In this document: one piece after another, positions 14,853 to 18,167 of the stretch
Layout: each line of letters begins with the position of its first letter
How positions within the stretch are numbered: position 1 is the first letter of the stretch
IMG/VR virus record: IMGVR_UViG_3300009744_000018
DNA: 18,167 nt
Direction: 5' to 3' (one strand)
From: a virus
Lineage: Duplodnaviria; Heunggongvirae; Uroviricota; Caudoviricetes
Made by a program: the position numbers and the translations under genes
The notes under the pieces: generated by a model
The model's database searches: none
What the model was told of the DNA's origin: nothing
What the model saw: only the letters and a program-made list of their open reading frames with translations

Positions 14853-15364
14853 TCTGTTACCTCCTCTTCAAAGTCATGCCACTGTAAGCCTCTGGCCTTA
14901 TATAAAGGTATCCAGTGATTATCCATAAAACTGTAGCCGGCACCGTCTACCCCCAGAAAAATATCTCCTGTTGGGTAATATTCAAAGGCTCTTAATCCAC
15001 ATTCTTTTACTTTTTCTAAATTGTTTTGTATCCACTCTTCGTCAAGACCGCTTTTTGGGTTGAATAAGGTGCCCCACATAGGGAATAATCCCGAATAATC
15101 GTCGTATTCAGGTTCAACCTCCCAAGTTTTTACCTCAATAATTTCAAGCTCATCGTCTAAAGGTTCTAAAGTAAGAAATTCGCCGTCAACTTCTAAGACT
15201 TCCCAATCTTCTCCATCATAATAGACTATTTCACCTACTGTTATAATATCTCGTGTCAAATCAATCCAGTCACTTAAGTCATCTCCTACAGCATTTTTGA
15301 TTAAAGCCTCTGAAACAAAATTAAACTCATTAATCCATTTGTTTGTTGCTTCTTTAATATTCAT
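14849..15364 (-). CDS. Hypothetical protein (171 aa) with a motif-rich C-terminus (PMWGT...GVDGAGYSF..HWIPLYKARGLQWHD)
   Basis: RBS GGAGG. The Gly/aromatic-rich C-terminal block looks like a conserved domain, and I recall similar motifs in Firmicutes phage hypotheticals (unverified). Confidence 0.85.
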   Translation of the reverse strand: MNIKEATNKWINEFNFVSEALIKNAVGDDLSDWIDLTRDIITVGEIVYYDGEDWEVLEVDGEFLTLEPLDDELEIIEVKTWEVEPEYDDYSGLFPMWGTLFNPKSGLDEEWIQNNLEKVKECGLRAFEYYPTGDIFLGVDGAGYSFMDNHWIPLYKARGLQWHDFEEEVTE

Positions 15365-15376
15365 CTTAATCCTCCT

Positions 15377-15706
15377 TTAAGCTTTTTGGTCTGCTATTAC
15401 GTACTCAATAAGCTCTTCCTTTTTATCTTCAGCTATCTCAAGTGCTTCCTGACTTCTTTTTTTGCTTCTTCTATTAACTTCTTTAATCAGCATTTTAGTG
15501 CCGCTGAAAGCTGTTGTTTCTACAGACATAATACTTCCGTTTTCTCTTCTATTTACAGTCACAGGTGTTACTGATAGGTAATAACCTCTTTTTTCTTTAT
15601 CTCCGCTAAAATAATTCCAGCCACCTTTATCATAATAGACCTGAATCTTTAATTCTTTAGGAAATCCTTCTTTTTTGATGTATTCTTTTGATAATAATTT
15701 ATCCAT
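15377..15706 (-). CDS. Hypothetical protein (109 aa)
   Basis: RBS GAGGTG; contains YYDKGGWNYF...RGYYLSVTPV. Confidence 0.82.
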   Translation of the reverse strand: MDKLLSKEYIKKEGFPKELKIQVYYDKGGWNYFSGDKEKRGYYLSVTPVTVNRRENGSIMSVETTAFSGTKMLIKEVNRRSKKRSQEALEIAEDKKEELIEYVIADQKA

Positions 15707-15709
15707 TAT

Positions 15710-16042
15710 TTACACCTCTCTTACGTATTCTGCATAATTAATATCAAGGGTACTACAGATGTTTTTCATTGAAGTTTCGTGCTTGTTCTCTTCTAATATC
15801 CATGTATCCTGGTGTTCGTCTAGGTATTCTTCCACGCTTGAGTAAACAAATATACCCATACCAAAACCGGAAGCTAACTCGGCAGCTATTACTTGAAAGT
15901 TGCCCACTAACCACGCATTATGTTTTTGGTTTTCATATTCAGAAACTACTATAGCGTCATCAGTAATCATTGCCTTATCTAAGTCTAGCGTAATTTTATC
16001 ACCGTAATCATTTACTACATCCTTCAAAAACTTTTTACTCAT
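15710..16042 (-). CDS. Hypothetical acidic protein (110 aa)
   Basis: RBS GGGAGG; operon-like packing. Confidence 0.8.
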   Translation of the reverse strand: MSKKFLKDVVNDYGDKITLDLDKAMITDDAIVVSEYENQKHNAWLVGNFQVIAAELASGFGMGIFVYSSVEEYLDEHQDTWILEENKHETSMKNICSTLDINYAEYVREV

Positions 16043-16045
16043 TAT

Positions 16046-16225
16046 TTATTCCTCCCTTTTTTTTAGTTGAATTCTTTCTAATTGGTCTTTTGATTCAAAA
16101 ATATAATCTCCATCAGAGTCATGGTGTCTTACGTTTTTTGAAGTTTCTATTACATTACCATTATCATCTACTCTAAAAGCACAAAGTGTACTTCCATTTT
16201 TGCTCTCTATTTCATATACTCTCAT
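16046..16225 (-). CDS. Hypothetical small protein (59 aa; not in the ORF track)
   Basis: Manual translation MRVYEIESKNGSTLCAFRVDDNGNVIETSKNVRHHDSDGDYIFESKDQLERIQLKKREE*. RBS AGGAGG directly follows the rtcB stop. Confidence 0.78.
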   Translation of the reverse strand: MRVYEIESKNGSTLCAFRVDDNGNVIETSKNVRHHDSDGDYIFESKDQLERIQLKKREE

Positions 16226-16237
16226 TATTTATGCCTC

Positions 16238-17494
16238 CTAACCTTTAATAACTGCAATAGTTTTTAGTTCATCAATCACGGATACTAAATCTTTTTGATT
16301 TTCCATAACCTGATGAATGTCTTTATATGCCTTCATGTATTCTTCTGCAACATCTTTTTTATTAGTTTTACCAAGTACAACATTCTTTTCTTTTAAATCT
16401 TCCATAACCTCTTGCACTGAATATTCTTCTTTGGCTGCAGTTCTGGTGTGAGTTCTCCCGGCTCCATGGCTGCAGGACTTGAATGAAGCATCATTCCCAA
16501 GACCCTGAGCAATAAAGGAAGATGAACCCATTGCTCCTGGAATAGGCACCATATCTGTACCTCTGGCCCGCACAGCTCCTTTCCTATGCACCATGTAGTT
16601 AACACCGTTCACATTTTCATAGGCAGCATAATTGTGGTGGACATTTAATCTTCTTGTAATTTTATAATTATCAATAAGACCTCTTTTTTTAAGTAAATCA
16701 ATAGTCTTATTTAGAACTAAATCCATAATTTTATCTCTATTTAACTCAGCAACTTTTAAGGCAAAATTCATGAATTTCATATATTCCTGACCCTCATCAC
16801 TATCGAGTGGTAAAAAGGGCATTGTTACATCATCAGATAAAACATCAACATACCATTTTTTATTTAAACTTTTTGCTAACTTACTAAAATGAGAGTTTAT
16901 TTTAGCGCCAACACTTCTGGAGCCGGTGTGAATCATAATTGCAAGATTACCCTCTTTGTTTTCCTGCAGCTCAACGAAGTGGTTGCCACCTCCTAGACTT
17001 CCAACAATTTCCATAGACTCCATGACAGCTTCCATTAAAAGAGGTTTTTCTTCAATATCTCCACCATAGTTTAAATTATTAATTAGATTTAGAAGCTCCA
17101 TGTTATCTTTGTTTTCTTCTTTTTTGCAGTGCTGAAATCCTGTTGGTAAATCTCTCATAATTGACCCAACCAGTTCCTGAGCAACTGTTCCTGAATCCAT
17201 GTGTGTTGTTTGCATAAAGCAGGCCTCAATATCTGTCTGTATAAAGGCGACACCGCACCCTATATCGTTCGAGACTGCATCAGGTACTATAACATCCTTT
17301 GTAGCTAAAACCCCGCCAACTGGCATATGGTAGCCCGTAGCGTGTACATCAGGCATCAATGCTATGTGTGATTTAGCGTATGGGAGCTTTGATATTTCTA
17401 CTGCTTCTTTAAATGTGTTATCATCTAAATCTTCACTTTCATCAATCCAGACTTTAACAGGCAAGCCTGTATATAAACCATTAAAAGTGTACAT
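16238..17494 (-). CDS. rtcB: RtcB-family RNA ligase (3'-phosphate/2',3'-cyclic phosphate to 5'-OH)
   Basis: LMPDVH, PVGGV, DIGCG, GSLGGGNHFVE, IHTGSR, HHNYA, VHRKGA, IPGAMG, SCSHGAGR (guanylylated His) and AYKDI are all present. Confidence 0.95.
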   Translation of the reverse strand: MYTFNGLYTGLPVKVWIDESEDLDDNTFKEAVEISKLPYAKSHIALMPDVHATGYHMPVGGVLATKDVIVPDAVSNDIGCGVAFIQTDIEACFMQTTHMDSGTVAQELVGSIMRDLPTGFQHCKKEENKDNMELLNLINNLNYGGDIEEKPLLMEAVMESMEIVGSLGGGNHFVELQENKEGNLAIMIHTGSRSVGAKINSHFSKLAKSLNKKWYVDVLSDDVTMPFLPLDSDEGQEYMKFMNFALKVAELNRDKIMDLVLNKTIDLLKKRGLIDNYKITRRLNVHHNYAAYENVNGVNYMVHRKGAVRARGTDMVPIPGAMGSSSFIAQGLGNDASFKSCSHGAGRTHTRTAAKEEYSVQEVMEDLKEKNVVLGKTNKKDVAEEYMKAYKDIHQVMENQKDLVSVIDELKTIAVIKG

Positions 17495-17874
17495 TAAAAA
17501 TCACCTTTCTGTAATGCTATCCACATATCTCCTGAATCTCCCGGTTCTAAAACAAGAAACTCCTCTTCTTCTAAGTGTTCAGACATTTCTTCATTGAGCA
17601 TTTCTTCAACATCCTGTCTGATATATAAAGTCCACTCGTCCATGTATTTAAAGGTGTCTTTTTTATATTCTTCTTCTGTCAGTCCTTCTTCTGTGAAAAT
17701 ATCAAGTAGAGCCTGTGTTTTAAACTGTCCCAAAGCTCCGTCAACAAGAATTTCTACACCCCATAAATTTGAACCTTCTTCATGGTCATCTCCGCTCATT
17801 TCAATTCTAGAATTTGCTATCTCATCAGCAAGTTTATCTCTGTAAAATATATCATCAAACTTTTTGGTTTTCAT
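17494..17874 (-). CDS. Hypothetical highly acidic protein (126 aa; start revised from 17898 to 17874)
   Basis: GGAGG precedes ATG at 17874 (MKTKKFDD...). Its stop overlaps the rtcB start (TAATG). It has 35 D/E and 12 K/R. Confidence 0.82.
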   Translation of the reverse strand: MKTKKFDDIFYRDKLADEIANSRIEMSGDDHEEGSNLWGVEILVDGALGQFKTQALLDIFTEEGLTEEEYKKDTFKYMDEWTLYIRQDVEEMLNEEMSEHLEEEEFLVLEPGDSGDMWIALQKGDF

Positions 17875-17875
17875 T

Positions 17876-18166
17876 TTATACATCCCTCCATTTGCCATAA
17901 TTAGTATCTGCTATATCCTTAATATCATTTAGCAACTCATTTAATACCTGTTTACTTGAATCTTCTGGTGTAAACTCTATCATTTCTGATATGCCCTCAA
18001 ACTCTTTGTCCATTTCTTCATGTTCGCTTACAATTTTAGCTTTTACTATTTTGTAATCATGCTCTTGAAGCCACTTGTGGAATTTATAGGCTTCACATTG
18101 ATTTTTACAAAACGGTTTAGCGAAAACCTTAGATAGTTCTTTGCTCAATTCTGTCCCGTTACCATT
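17876..18166 (-). CDS. Hypothetical protein, probably starting upstream of the window (partial)
   Basis: The frame is open from the right edge through TTG at 18148 to the stop at 17876. TTG 18148 has only a weak RBS, so the start is uncertain. Contains CKNQC. Confidence 0.6.
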   Translation of the reverse strand, partial: NGNGTELSKELSKVFAKPFCKNQCEAYKFHKWLQEHDYKIVKAKIVSEHEEMDKEFEGISEMIEFTPEDSSKQVLNELLNDIKDIADTNYGKWRDV

Positions 18167-18167
18167 A

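Noticed and set aside
16393-16605. Nested - strand 70-aa ORF inside rtcB
   Set aside because: It is an alternative frame within a conserved enzyme gene, with no RBS or motif support.
1694-17845. All + strand ORFs in the track (e.g. 10231-10662, 9310-9594, 2116-2358, 17594-17845)
   Set aside because: They are antisense shadows of well-supported - strand genes, with S/F/L/I-rich composition from reverse-complemented K/E codons and no convincing RBS.
1-18167. Halophilic host inferred from the acidic proteins
   Set aside because: The acidity is confined to small orphans and tails, while the helicase, primase, clamp and dUTPase are Lys-rich. The host cannot be assigned from this.
1-18167. tRNA, rRNA, CRISPR array, IS element or integrase
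   Set aside because: No cloverleaf-like sequence, regularly spaced repeats, terminal inverted repeats or recombinase motifs were seen, and there is almost no intergenic space to hold them.

Overview
AT-rich DNA (spot counts of individual 60-nt lines give about 17-42% GC) that is densely coding, with every credible gene on the minus strand and Firmicutes-style Shine-Dalgarno sites (AGGAGG/GGGGGT). It reads as the early/middle DNA-metabolism region of a large phage or phage-like element of a low-GC Gram-positive-type host; this assignment is inferred. In transcription order (right to left): an RtcB RNA ligase among small, mostly very acidic hypothetical ORFs; a sigma70/sigmaA-type promoter; ssb, recA, a signal-peptide-bearing lytic transglycosylase-like gene, a beta-clamp-like gene and a UvrD/PcrA helicase with a 283-aa intein; a gene broken by one in-frame TAA; ThyX with a 312-aa HNH-containing intein; more small acidic ORFs; dUTPase; and a DnaG-type primase. 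The most unusual items are two inteins without LAGLIDADG motifs, competing RNA hairpins over the RBS of an unlisted 54-aa ORF after dut, a tandem pair of acidic paralogs (possible DNA mimics), the TAA-interrupted gene, and the RtcB-containing candidate counter-defence block. No tRNA, rRNA, CRISPR array, integrase or virion structural gene was recognised. All family calls come from motifs read by eye; no searches were run.
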